Origin: Octopus sinensis
Taxonomy: Eukaryota
NCBI RefSeq assembly: GCF_006345805.1
Contig: NC_042997.1
Coordinates: 196,850,001-196,914,000, forward strand
Reading direction: 5' to 3'
DNA length: 64,000 nucleotides
Shown piece after piece: positions 13,319 to 25,302 of this stretch (the stretch's first letter is position 1; each line of letters begins with the position of its first letter). The position numbers were made by a program, and so were the translations under genes. Under the pieces are notes generated by a model. It was not told where the DNA came from and searched no databases. It was given only the letters and a program-made list of their open reading frames with translations.

Positions 13319-13740
13319 AAGGCGGTGAGCTGGCAGAAACGTTAGCACGCCGGGCGAAATGCTTAGCGGTATTGTGTCTGCCGTTATGTTCTGAGTTCAA
13401 ATTCCGCCGAGGTCGACCTTGCCTTTCATCCTTTCGGGGTCGATAAATTAAGTACCAGTTACACACTGGGGTCGATGTAATTGACTTAATCCGTTTGTCT
13501 ATCCTTGTTTGTCCTCCCTGTGTTTAGCCCCTTGTGGGTAGTAAAGTAGTAAAGAAATAGGTGTTTCGCCTGCCACTACGTTCTGAGTTCAAATTCCATC
13601 GGGGTCGACTTTGCCTTTCATCTTTTCGGGGTCGATTAAATAAGTACCAGTTACGCACTTAATATATAATCGACCTAATCCGTTTGTCTGTCCTTGTTTG
13701 TCCCCTCTGTGTTTAGCCCCTTGTGGGTAGTAAAGAAATA
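13319..13740 (+). mobile_element. SINE family B, head plus two body units, with TSD
   Basis: TSD taggtattctaaattt at 13302-13317 and 13739-13754. Confidence 0.92.
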
Positions 13741-14231
13741 GGTATTCTAAATTTGTTATAAGAAATTTCAATTCGCTAGTAAACGTTGTCTCGAAGTATC
13801 AACGTCAGCGATGATGGACACTGAAAGCTCTCATTCAAACGGTGTCAGTTACAGAATTGAAGAGCATATTTCAAAAATTCAAATGAATTATGAACGCTGT
13901 TGAACTGGTCAAATTTCAGCAAATTTTTGGTTCTTAATAGAATTGATTGTTACATTAATGACGTGTTAGTGTTGAAAGTATATTGAAGTATAAAATCCAA
14001 CAATTGGTGAGAGATGCGTAAATGTCCTTTAAATTATTGTAACAGGAGTAGTTAAGAGAGTATAAGCCTTCATTAAAAGCTTCGTGACGAATAATGAGTA
14101 TCTGGTGATTAGTTAGTTATCGTGTTAAGAATTTTCATTTTATGTCGCATATTGAGAACAGTAATATCAGTAGATACAGGTTTGCCACAAGCCAATGACC
14201 AGTTCTATGGTATTCATTTTACGATGGAGAT

Positions 14232-14636
14232 AAGGCAGCGAGCTGGCAGAAACGTTAGCACGCCGGGCGAAATGCGTAGCCGTATTTCGTCTGCCGTTAC
14301 GTTCTGAGTTCAAATTCCGCCGAGGTCGACTTTGCCTTTCATCCTTTCGGGGTTGACAAATTAAGTACCAGTTACGCACTGGCGTCGATATAATCGACTT
14401 ATCCGTTTGTTTGCCCTTGTTTGTCCTCTCACTGTGTTTATCCCCTTGTGGGTAGTATTTCGTCTGCTGTTACGTTCTGACTTCAAATTCCGCCGAGGTT
14501 GACTTTGCCTTTCATCTTTTCGGGGTCGATAAATTAAGTACTAGTTACGCACTGGCGTCGATGTAATCGACCTAAACCGTTTGTCTGTCCTTGTTTGTTC
14601 CCTCTATGTTTAGCCTCTTTGGTTAGTAAAGAAATA
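14232..14636 (+). mobile_element. SINE family B, head plus two body units, with 22-bp TSD
   Basis: TSD ggtattcattttacgatggaga at 14209-14230 and 14637-14658. Confidence 0.92.
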
Positions 14637-14894
14637 GGTATTCATTTTACGATGGAGAAAGTAACAAGGGTGTCTCTACATAACGGCGGCGGAACAAATA
14701 TCACAAGAGTGTTCGTTCCCAAGAACAATTTCTTTTTTCTTGTTGTTTACGTCTTTTGAAGATTTCCATCACAGGAGGATAAACGCTCATGCGCACGCAC
14801 GCCCCAAATACTTACCCACAAATATGGACCGGGTGGTGCAAAAGTTGGTATACAATTACGAAAAAATACTCATTTATTTTCATCAAAAAATGAA

Positions 14895-15255
14895 AATTCC
14901 ATCGAGGTCGATTTAGCCTTTCATACTTTCGGGATCGATAAATTAAGTACCAGTTACGCACTGTGGTCGATGTAATCGACTTAATCCCTTTGTCTGTCCT
15001 TGTTCGTTCCCTCTATGTCTAGCCCCTTGTGAGCAATAAAGAAGTAAGAAGCGTTGGCACGCCGAGCGAAATGCTAAGCGCTTTTACGTCTGTCTTTACG
15101 TTCTGAGTTTAAATTCCGCCGAGTTCAAATTCCACCTTTGCCTTTCATCCTTTCGGGGTCGATAAATTAAGTACCTGTTGCATACTCTGGTCAATTTAAT
15201 CGACTGGCCCCGTCACCCCAAAATTTCGGGTCTTGTGCCTAGAGTAGAAAATAAT
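14895..15255 (+). mobile_element. SINE family B dimer variant
   Basis: Two family B body units with the same arrangement as 4205-4512. Confidence 0.8.
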
Positions 15256-16499
15256 TTAACGGATCTGCTAACTCTGCTTTGCTCGCTCCAACTTCACATA
15301 TTGCTGCGCAAGTAAATATTCACGTATTTATATTTACATCTAATACATTAAGAATTAATGTAATTTCGAAGACGCAAATATGGTTGTTGGTGAATAAGCT
15401 AGTTTTGCCATCATGTAGTGTCGGGTTCAGTCTCACAGTACGGAATTTTTGGCAAGTGTCTCCAAGTATAGCGCAGAATCGACCAATTCCTTGTGAATAA
15501 ATTTGGTAGACAAAAACTGTGTGAAAACTAATTGTATGTGTCGGTTCTTTTTCCCCCTCAACATCGCTTGGTAAAGTGCGTTGGTTTCAGCAAAAGACAC
15601 CAGTAGAAATAATTACCAGGCTTTAAAGAATTGTTCGACTAAAACCCTTCAAGCGCGGTGGCCCAGTGTGACCGCTGTCCAATAATTGAAGCAAGTCAAA
15701 GATATACTTGGCACATTTTAAAGAAATTGCCAAACTGCATACGTAACTGAACTGTAGTTTTCAAAGTAACAACTACGCGTCTTTTCAAACAAGAATTTAT
15801 ACGAAATACAATGAAAAGCACTTTCCGCTACCTCAACTTCAATCACTAACGATCATTTAGTTTTCGATTAATCTAGTTCGTTATTTTCACTGCTAATGAG
15901 CAACCTTCGTTTCGTAAAGGTATACTAGACGTAATTAGTGTTATCTATTGTAATTAGGTCGTTAATTAGGGCTGTTCGATATTTCCAGTTGAAAATCCTT
16001 TATCTGTAAAGATGTTTTACTCATTTGTACAAACCATATGTTAAATTCTGTAGTTTAATTAGAAATATAATTTTGGGCTACTTTAAAAAAACAAAACAAA
16101 ACAAAACAAATTCTGGTTATCGATGAATATATTTCGTTTTGGTATTGGTTTGGCGAGATTCCTTGATGTGAACACGTAAGTTGAAACGATTTGTTTTTTG
16201 TAGAAGTGTCATCTATACCGCTAAGAATCAAATACCCTAACCACAAATCTATGTCCCTTCATAATCTGTATATACTGAAGAGAATCGATTAAGCTAATAA
16301 TATCCAGAAATAAAGCAACGATTATAATTCACAATATCTTAAATACTTTAATTTCAAAACTTACCTTAGATTTGTTTTTGTTTTCAAATGTATAATTTCA
16401 GTATTTCGAAATCAATATCGGCACCTGTGAACAGAAAATAATAAAATATACGTTGAGTTGATTTGATAGGATAGTATAGTATAGTATAGTATAGTATAT

Positions 16500-16544
<45 letters not shown>

Positions 16545-16545
<1 letters not shown>

Positions 16546-16779
16546 AATTGATCAAAATAAAAACATGATGCGAAGGATTCAGCGGTACATATGTTTCGGG
16601 CCTTTATTAGACAGATTTATAACAATGCATGTTATAAATCTGTCTAATAAAGGCCCGAAACATATGTACCGCTGAATCCTTCGCATCATGTTTTTATTTT
16701 GATCAATTTACTCCACCACCTACACCACCAAACGGTATACACAGGTGCTTATAATTATCAAGTACTCACCCCGAATTTC
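16545..16779. mobile_element. (TA)n-embedded fold-back cassette H3 (perfect 80-bp arms, 5-nt loop, right tail), Penelope-related
   Basis: 16545-16624 is the exact reverse complement of 16630-16709. The tail 24-mer matches the Penelope terminus 46600-46623 at 22/24. Degenerate hammerhead CTAATAA-AGGCCC-GAAACATATGTA in the arm. Confidence 0.75.
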
Positions 16780-16865
16780 TATATATATACACATACATGT
16801 TTGTGTGTGCAATTCATGATGTATGAAACATTTAAATTATATATATCGCGTCTTGTAACGTAATT

Positions 16866-17246
16866 GTGAGTGGAAGCACTCCGTCGGTTACGACGACGAG
16901 GGTTCCGGTTGATCCGAATCAACGGAACAGCCTGCTCGTGAAATTAACGTGTAAGTGGCTGAGCACTCCACAGACACGTGTACCCTTAACGTAGTTCTCG
17001 GGGATATTCAGCGTGACACAGACAAGGCCAGCCCTTTGAAATACAGGTACAACAGAAACAGGAAGTAAGAGTCAGAGAAAGTTGTGGTGAAAGAGTACAG
17101 CAGGGATCACCACCATCCCTGCCGGAGCTTCGTGGAACTTTAGGTGTTTTCGCTCAATAAACACTCACAATGCCCGGTCTGGGAATCGAAACCGCGATCC
17201 TACGACCGCGAGTCCGCTGCCCTAACCACTGGGCCATTGCGCCTCC
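16866..17246 (-). mobile_element. SINE family C, tail type i, full length with 12-bp TSD
   Basis: tRNA-like head GGCCCAGTGGTTAGGGCAGCGGACTCGCGG..GGTTTCGATTCC; TSD tgtaacgtaatt at 16854-16865 and 17247-17258. Confidence 0.92.
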
Positions 17247-17444
17247 TGTAACGTAATTAATTCGCTATAAACAGAGGTTAAATAGCAAGTAATATGGAAA
17301 CACTTGGATTTACAGATAATTTCCTTAGTGTGTATTGTATTGAAGTGAAAGAGGTGAATACGAAAATAAAAACCTGTTGTTCTGCGACTGCAAATATAGA
17401 GCAGAAGGAAGTTCAAGAAATGGACTGAGTTAATTTTCTGCAAT

Positions 17445-17846
17445 TTTCGGCAAGAGAGACCGATTTAGTCAGTACTAAACTTACAAAGAATAAGTCCTGG
17501 GGTCGATTTGCTCGACTAAAGGCGGTGCTCCAGCATGGCCGGAGTCAAATGACTGGAACAAATAAAAGAAAAAAAAATATGCAGTTCGTTCGCTGCGCTA
17601 CCAATTATGCTACCTCACCTGCCTTAGTTTCATGACAATAATAACGCTTTCTACTATAGGCACAATGCCTGAAATTTTGCGGGAAGGGCTAGTTGTTTAC
17701 ATCGACCCAAGTCCGTAACTGGTATTTAATTTATTGAATCCAAAGGTAAAGTCGACCTCGGTGGAATTTGAACTCAGAACGTAGCGACGGGCGAAATACC
17801 ACTAAGCATCTCTGCCAGCATGCTAACGATTCTGCCAGCTCACCTT
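17445..17846. mobile_element. SINE A 3' tail (+) followed by older SINE B (-)
   Basis: Similarity to both consensus types; the composite recurs at 26160-26425. Confidence 0.7.
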
Positions 17847-18974
17847 TCTTGGTTTCCTGACAATAATTACGTATATGGTAAATTTGAATGCAGAGAGAAG
17901 ATCTGTATTTTAACATTTTGGTAAAACCCTTCTTCGAAGGCTTCGAAACGAGGTCTACACAAGAAAGGAGGAAAATATGCCATTTTTCTTATTCTATTAA
18001 TTTTAATTCTTTTTGTTGTATGTAGACTATCCATCATCGATTTTTATTTTCTTTCTCACGTTTTTAATCAATTTTAGTTTCAAATTTTGGAACAAAGCCA
18101 GCAGTTTTCGGGAGTGAGCAAGTCTATTATAACGACTCCAGTGATCAACAGGTACTTATTTTATCGACCCCACGAAGGGTCGAAAAGCAAATTTGATCTC
18201 GGCAGAATTTGAACACTGAACGTAAAGACGGACAAAATGCTGTTGAGGAATTCCTTTGGCGTGCTGGCGATTCTGTCAGCTCACCACCTGACTGACTTCA
18301 AATTTTGGTACAAGGACAACAATTTCTCGGGGTGGGGGGCGTGGGTGAATCGATTACATCGACCTTAGTGTTCAACTGGTATTTAATTTATAGATTCCGA
18401 AGTGAAGACAAGCGAAGTGACCTCAGCATAATCTGAACTTAGAACGTAAAAAAAAAAGAACGCAATGTTAAGCAGTTTTCCCCACCGTACTAACGATTCT
18501 GCCAGCCAACAGCCTGGCCTTTAATTGATATTAATGATTATATACAACTTTAAATATAAATTTGTTTATTTTCAACGATGGGTAAACTAAAACTGGAAAG
18601 TAAACAGTTGCTGACGTCTGTTTTAAACGAGATAAACTTGTGGAGATTTACAAAGCCATATTGTACAAATCACCTTAGAAATTGAATTTGATATTTATCA
18701 GATCGTCAGGTTTATTCAATATCAAATAATTTACAAGCATTAAGCTTGAAAGATGTCAGTATGTATTTGTCTTAGTTTACATCAAGAAATATAATTTAAA
18801 TAAACGTTTAAATTAAATCATAGCAACGAACTGTTAGCAAGTTCGTGCACTTCTGAGCCGAGATAGCGAAGAAACGATCTCACAATCTGACCTATTATAA
18901 TATCAGAAGGTAGAATCCAACCATTCGCCTATAAGAAGAATTAACCCTTTGCTTGGCCTGTGTGTCACTTGTAA

Positions 18975-19300
18975 CGATAAACGTAAAAACGTCGCCCTTT
19001 ACAAGCCTAGCCAGGCTCATGGACCCGGTTTCCCGGTTTCTGTGGCGTATGTGTGTCCCCCCACCCAGCTGGACAGGACGCCGGTCCATGGCAGCGTTAC
19101 TCAAGAAACAGGAAGAGAGAGTGAGAGAAAGTTGTGGCGAAAGAGTATAACAGAGATCGTCACCACCCTCTGCCGGAGCCTCGTGGAACTTTTAGGTGTT
19201 TTCGCTCAATAAACACACACAACGCCCGGCCTTGGAATCGAAACCGCGACCCTCCGAGCGCGAGTCCTCTGCCCTAACCACTGGGCCATTGCGCCTCCAC
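18975..19300 (-). mobile_element. SINE family C, tail type iii, with 11-bp TSD
   Basis: TSD gtcacttgtaa at 18964-18974 and 19301-19311; tail shared with 43065-43190. Confidence 0.9.
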
Positions 19301-19630
19301 GTCACTTGTAATACACAGGACATATTTCTCTGGATTCCATGCATCGTATATGATACAATTTTTGCCAACCACCAGAGTAACTTGGAACTAAAAAAAGGAA
19401 AACCTAATTCTACTCAGAACGTAGGAAGCAAGAATGGAGCAAAAGTCTGAAAATCAGCATGTACATTCAGAACAAACTTATGAAAATTCCTTGGATAGGC
19501 AAAGAGTTAAGAATAAACAAACACGTTAAAGATTTACTGTGTTAACAATGTTACTACTTGAGATGTATTGTGATATACCAGCTAATTAACCAAAGAGTAT
19601 AACAAAAGTCACTCGCGTTAGACAAATGTT

Positions 19631-20048
19631 GGATCTTTTCGGTTTGAACGGCAGTTTTTTCTAGCGGTGTCATATGAAATTGTCACCCATAATTATGACC
19701 CTAGTATCGATCTGTTGCATTTCAATCTGATTTCGGGTTAGGGTTAGGGGTGGGGGGAAGGGTATCTTTTTTTCTTCTTAAATGTAAATAAACCCGATCT
19801 GTTTCTTAAACGAGGAACATATTCATACGGCACAGAATGTTTTGACCTCAATAGACGTCACTGATTGGTTGAAATAGCAGAAATTGAAGAAAAATAAACA
19901 AGAAACATCTTACAAACTATAGAATTTTCTCAATAAAGCCAAGAGAAAAAGATGTTTTATAAACACATTCTACCAGTATACGAAGTTTAAAAGTGTTTAG
20001 TTACGTGGAAATTATTTTAAAAAACTGCCGTTCAAACCGAAAAGATCC
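19631..20048. mobile_element. MITE / non-autonomous DNA transposon (30-bp perfect TIRs, 8-bp TSD; Merlin- or hAT-like)
   Basis: ggatcttttcggtttgaacggcagtttttt ... aaaaaactgccgttcaaaccgaaaagatcc; TSD caaatgtt at 19623-19630 and 20049-20056. Confidence 0.92.
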
Positions 20049-20337
20049 CAAATGTTAGATACACACATATTAGATATTTGATAGATTTTGGCTATCATTG
20101 CACCATACATCCTAAACTGGATGGTTCTTGGAAATATTCTTCTAATACTTCGTTATTACATAGCATCTTCAGAGCAAATATTTCCATCTTGAGCCCAAGG
20201 ACAGCAAGTTCAAGGAGCGAGGGCGGCAAGTCGATTACATAGAAAGTAGTACTTCAATGAAATTTTATTTTAACGGTACGAAAGGATGAAAGGCAAATTG
20301 AACCTCGGAACACGAAGAGTGGAAAGAATTACAACTT

Positions 20338-20457
20338 GTTTACGGCCATATCACTTTGAAAACACCGGTTCTCATTTGATCACCGAAGTTAAGCAACGTC
20401 GAACCTAGTTAGAACTTAGATGGGTGACCGCTTGGGAAACCTAGGTGCTGTAAACGT
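20338..20457 (+). rRNA. 5S rRNA, dispersed full-length copy (probably a pseudogene)
   Basis: GTTTACGGCCATATCAC..GATCACCGAAGTTAAGCAACG..GATGGGTGACCGCTTGGGAA..GTGCTGTAAAC follows the metazoan 5S consensus. Helix I GTTTAC/GTAAAC and CCTAG/CTAGG pair. Several substitutions, and only TTT downstream. Confidence 0.92.
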
Positions 20458-20849
20458 CTTTCTATCCTAGGCGCAGAAGTGGCTTTGTGATAGATTTTGA
20501 GATAGATTTTGGCTATCATTGCACCATACATCCTAAACTGGCATTCCATCGGTTACGACATGTGTGTTCCAGTTGATGCGACAAACGGAACGGCCTGCTA
20601 GTGAAATTAACTGCAAGTCGCCGAGGGTTCCACAAACATGAGTACCCTTAATGAAATTAAGGTTTCAGATAGAAAAAGTCTGGGCATATTTGACCTTGGT
20701 GGGTGTCTAAATCAAAAGATGAGTTACTAAATTCTGTAAGGCACTTCGTCCGACCATCTACAGAATGAGTTAATCTACCACTCAGCTGATTAGCTTGTTT
20801 CTGTGTTATTTACTACGTTACTATCATTACTTGTAGACATAACTGTAGA

Positions 20850-21260
20850 GACAGGAAATTTGCTTTGAAATCACGTGGCTATGTGTTCAGGCCTATAGAG
20901 TGGCACCTTGTGTAAGGGTCATCTACTATAACCCCGAGTGAGCAATGCCGTGTGAGCGAATTTGAGATATGAAATCCTCTGAGAAGCCATCGTATATGCA
21001 TGTGTGTGTACGTAGATGTTTGTGCGTGTATGTGTATGTGTGTCTTTTAGTTTGTCAGTTCTCCACAACTGGACAACCGGTAATGTTTTCTTTACATCCC
21101 TGCTGTTTAGCGGCTCCGCAGAAGAGACCGACATAATAAGTAGACTAAAAAACAAAACAAAACAAAGCCATATACTGGGGTGGGGGCGATTAGCTCATCT
21201 AAACCATTCAAGGCGGTGCTCTAGCATGGCCGCAGTTGACTGATTGAAACAAATAAAAGG
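20850..21260 (+). mobile_element. SINE family A, old diverged copy
   Basis: Diverged head, internal (TG)n and ggcggtgctctagcatggccgcag tail. Confidence 0.65.
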
Positions 21261-22158
21261 TTACTATGTATAAATATATGAATAACATTAGTACATATTT
21301 GCATTAGTACTGTAGTACTGTATGAGTAGATTAAACGCCTATGTTTGCTTTCGCCCACAAATCTACACGTATCAAATACCATATGCATTGAATATCATAT
21401 GAATGAAAATTTCATATTCGTTGTATCATAAATGGTGGATGTATTGTATTATTGCCATTGTTATGATATGCTTTTACATCTACTATTTTGGTGCATACGT
21501 TTCGATATGTTTATATTGAAGAGCTTAATATTTCTCTGCGTATATCCTTAGGGATTTTGATGAATATGAATATATCTTCCAACACGAAAAGAAAATAATG
21601 CATTTTAATACACAGTTCATTCTTTTGGATACCGTCTATCATATATATATGATACCCTGTTACACACACGCGCACACACACATACTTATATATATATACA
21701 TCTACACAAACATGTATATAAAATAAATTCCTTTTCTTAGAATCTCACACACGCTTAAGTATGCGTATAAATGGCTAGTCAACATAGCGGAATAAATCTG
21801 TAACCGCAATGGAAAAAGTAAACCTGTTTTATGTTGCCTCGATTATGGTCAAACATCATCTGGATAGTGTGAAATAGTGTGAGACAAAGAGATACAAGTA
21901 TGACTAAAATTCAACGCATGCAAAATCAAGATTAACTATCCCTGCCTGAAAAACAATAACACATTCAAAATTATATGTGATAAACGAAGAACAAGAATAA
22001 AAATCGTCCCAGGCTGACATTTTCAGTTACGGTCTTATCCATTTCATATAGAGTGATTAATTACACGTTTGCTTTCTGTGAGTGAAATTCGGACTAAAAG
22101 ATACACATATATATCATGAAGTATATTTGCTACTTAAATATGGCTAACCGTTAAGGAT

Positions 22159-22451
22159 GGATAATACTGTAGCTTGTAGCCCAAGGAGGACACCCCCACT
22201 CCCAGCTGGCTATTGATACTTTCTGTGCCCTATCAGCCTTTGTAAAGGGAAGCCAGTCTGACGTGATACACACAGACACGAGTTTCTGGGTATTGACCCG
22301 TCATCAGCAGAAACTCGTGTTCGTGTGTAATACGTTAGGTTGGAGATGGGAAGGATGGCTTCCCTTTGCAAATACTGATAGGGCACAGAAAGTGTGTCAA
22401 TAGCTAGCTGTATGAGGTGTCCTCCAGGGGCCACAAACTATAGTAGCATCC
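22159..22451. mobile_element. fold-back cassette H4 (diverged inverted repeat with central hammerhead)
   Basis: cagctggctattgatactttctgtgccctatcag is the near reverse complement of ctgatagggcacagaaagtgtgtcaatagctagctg; related sequence at 42170-42225. Confidence 0.7.
22275..22307 (-). ncRNA. minimal hammerhead ribozyme core
   Basis: Minus strand reads CTGATGA-c-GGGT caat ACCC-a-GAAAC tcgt GTC. Both core boxes and the GUC triplet are intact; the stem I 5' strand is replaced by the inverted arm. Confidence 0.65.
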
Positions 22452-23873
22452 TATTTCCGTTGTACATGTACTTCGAAGAGCAAGCGTTGTCTCACTCTGT
22501 GTCACGCTGAATCTCCCCGAGAACTACGTTAAAGGTACACATGTCTGTAGAGTGCTCAGCCACTTCCACGATAATTTCACGAGCAGGATGCTCCGTCGAT
22601 CGGATCAATTGAAACCCATGTCGTTCTACTAAATATTTTGACTGACCTTTCACTTGAATTTCAAATTAACTACTCATAAAAACAAAACTATACATTGGTA
22701 CGCGTATGTGTGTGTGTATGCGCGTGTGTATAGATAGAAATGTATACAGATAGATTGATGTGTACATACGAATATAGCTATGTATACTCTTTTATTCTTT
22801 TACTTGTTTCAGTCACAAGGCTTTGGTCGGGCCGAGGCTATAGAAGAATACACTTCCCCAAGTCCATTCAGTGGGATTGAACCCGGAACCATGTGGTTGG
22901 TAAGCAAACTACTTGCCACACAGCCACTCCTACGCCATAGGTATGAATGTATATATTTACGCATATATTTAGGTATGTATGTATATATATATGTGTGTGT
23001 GTGTTTCCATACATACATAAACATACATTGTGTTTATTAAATGATACACACACATATGTATATATATGACTGTATATGAGAGTTTGTTGAAAGCAACGCA
23101 GTTTCCAGCATATGTCTTCTAATAATATATATATACACATTCTGTTTTACTCATTCAAATAACTATCATATACATCCACTGTCTTTTCTCCTTTCTGTAA
23201 ATGTACTACGCTTCTCTATATTTACGTTAGTAAGTGTACAGTGTATGTAAGTGTGCGTGTATGTGTGTGAGAGAGAGACAGAAAGCGCGCAGGTGATGTG
23301 TAGTAAATATGTACAATCGTGTATGCGTACGCATATGTGTGTGTGCGATCCACTATGCCTGACCCACGCGTCACTTCATTATACGTCTCATGTTTCATTC
23401 TAATCAATACTTCGAGAGAAAAATAGTAGTTGACGAAGGCAGAAATGAGTCATCAAGCAGTCGAGAGTGAGTAGCAATGCAAGTAATTCTCTCAACATGC
23501 AATCAATAATGGCACTGTTGGAATAGTTCCAGAGCCTGAACGCGAAAAACTGTTCTTTAATCGCCTTAATCTGGCGTACATTATAGGAATGCTAAACTGC
23601 ACATACGTAAAGATTAGTTACATACATATACAAACACATGCGCGCTCACAGATATGTCAAATGGCAATGGTGCATGCGAAGCGAGGAATAGGTGACAGTC
23701 GAAAAGACAAACAGGAAGCGACGCATTTACAATACATATATTCAAGCGTGTACGCAGGATTTTGCCCTTGTGTCTGTTGGTGTGTGTGTGAGCGTGTTTG
23801 TGCTTTTGTATGGATGTATATATATCCACATCTATATATGTCTGACTGCTTGCCTGTCTGTCAACCTCTCCAT

Positions 23874-24003
23874 TTATCTATCTGTCTATCTATCTATCTC
23901 TGTCTGTCTATCTATGTATCTACCTAACTGTTTATCTATCTATCTGTCAAACTATCTATCTATCTATGTATCTACCTAACTGTTTATCTATCTATCTGTC
24001 AAA

Positions 24004-24086
<83 letters not shown>

Positions 24087-24237
24087 ACTATCTATCTGTC
24101 TAACTATCTATCAATCTATCTGTCTAACTATCTATCCATCTGTCTGTCTAACTATCTATCCATCTGTCTGTCTAACTATCTATCCATCTGTTTGTCTAAC
24201 TATCTATCCATCTGTTTGTCTGTCTGTCTATCTATCT
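23874..24237. repeat. (TATC)n/(TGTC)n compound microsatellite
   Basis: Read directly. Confidence 0.95.
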
Positions 24238-24408
24238 GCTAATGCATGTATAAATACACACACACACGCACAGACAAACATATATGTGTATAAATGCAAG
24301 TATATGCATATCAATATGAGCGAATATATGAATTTACACACGCCTACGCGCACACACACACACACACATATAAATATACGTATGTCTCTGTCTGTCTCTG
24401 TCTCTGTG

Positions 24409-24455
<47 letters not shown>

Positions 24456-24900
24456 TTGAGACTATGTGAGCATTCTGTTTGCGTTTGAATTGAAGACAAT
24501 AATTATATATACGTGAGTGTATGTGTGTGTATACCAATATACATACTTACATGCATACGCACACGTATATATACATATATACATATATATATGTGTCTGC
24601 GTGTGTGTGTCTGTGTATACATATATACGAAACTACCAGACGCGCGCACACACACATATATACATAAATATTCTTTCATAAGTAGGAGTGGACAAAGCAA
24701 CGTATATGTAGAACAACAACAATAACATAGCACAACACAACTTCCTAAATTATAGAAACCGACTTTGCTTCCAGTCATGGTACATGTTTCGTTTGGTGGC
24801 GATTAGTATTGACTTCAAATGAAAAGTGTAAACAAACTCATGATTCCAGAAGTCGCCAATCTGATACGCCATTAGTGAAAACTGTTTGATAATGTCATTA

Positions 24901-24932
<32 letters not shown>

Positions 24933-24973
24933 CTCAGATATACACATATACTAATACGCCCCCTCACACACAC

Positions 24974-25015
<42 letters not shown>

Positions 25016-25142
25016 GTGGGTGTGTGTCTGTGCGTATATACATACTTATACAAGCACACAAATACATACACATATACAATATACACACGCATAAATATGC
25101 ACACATACGCACACACATAAGTACATCCATATATGTGTGGGT

Positions 25143-25173
<31 letters not shown>

Positions 25174-25248
25174 ATCATGAATATATATATATATATTTGT
25201 AAACATATATATACAGTCAGACATACATATACCATATGCATACAATAT

Positions 25249-25302
<54 letters not shown>

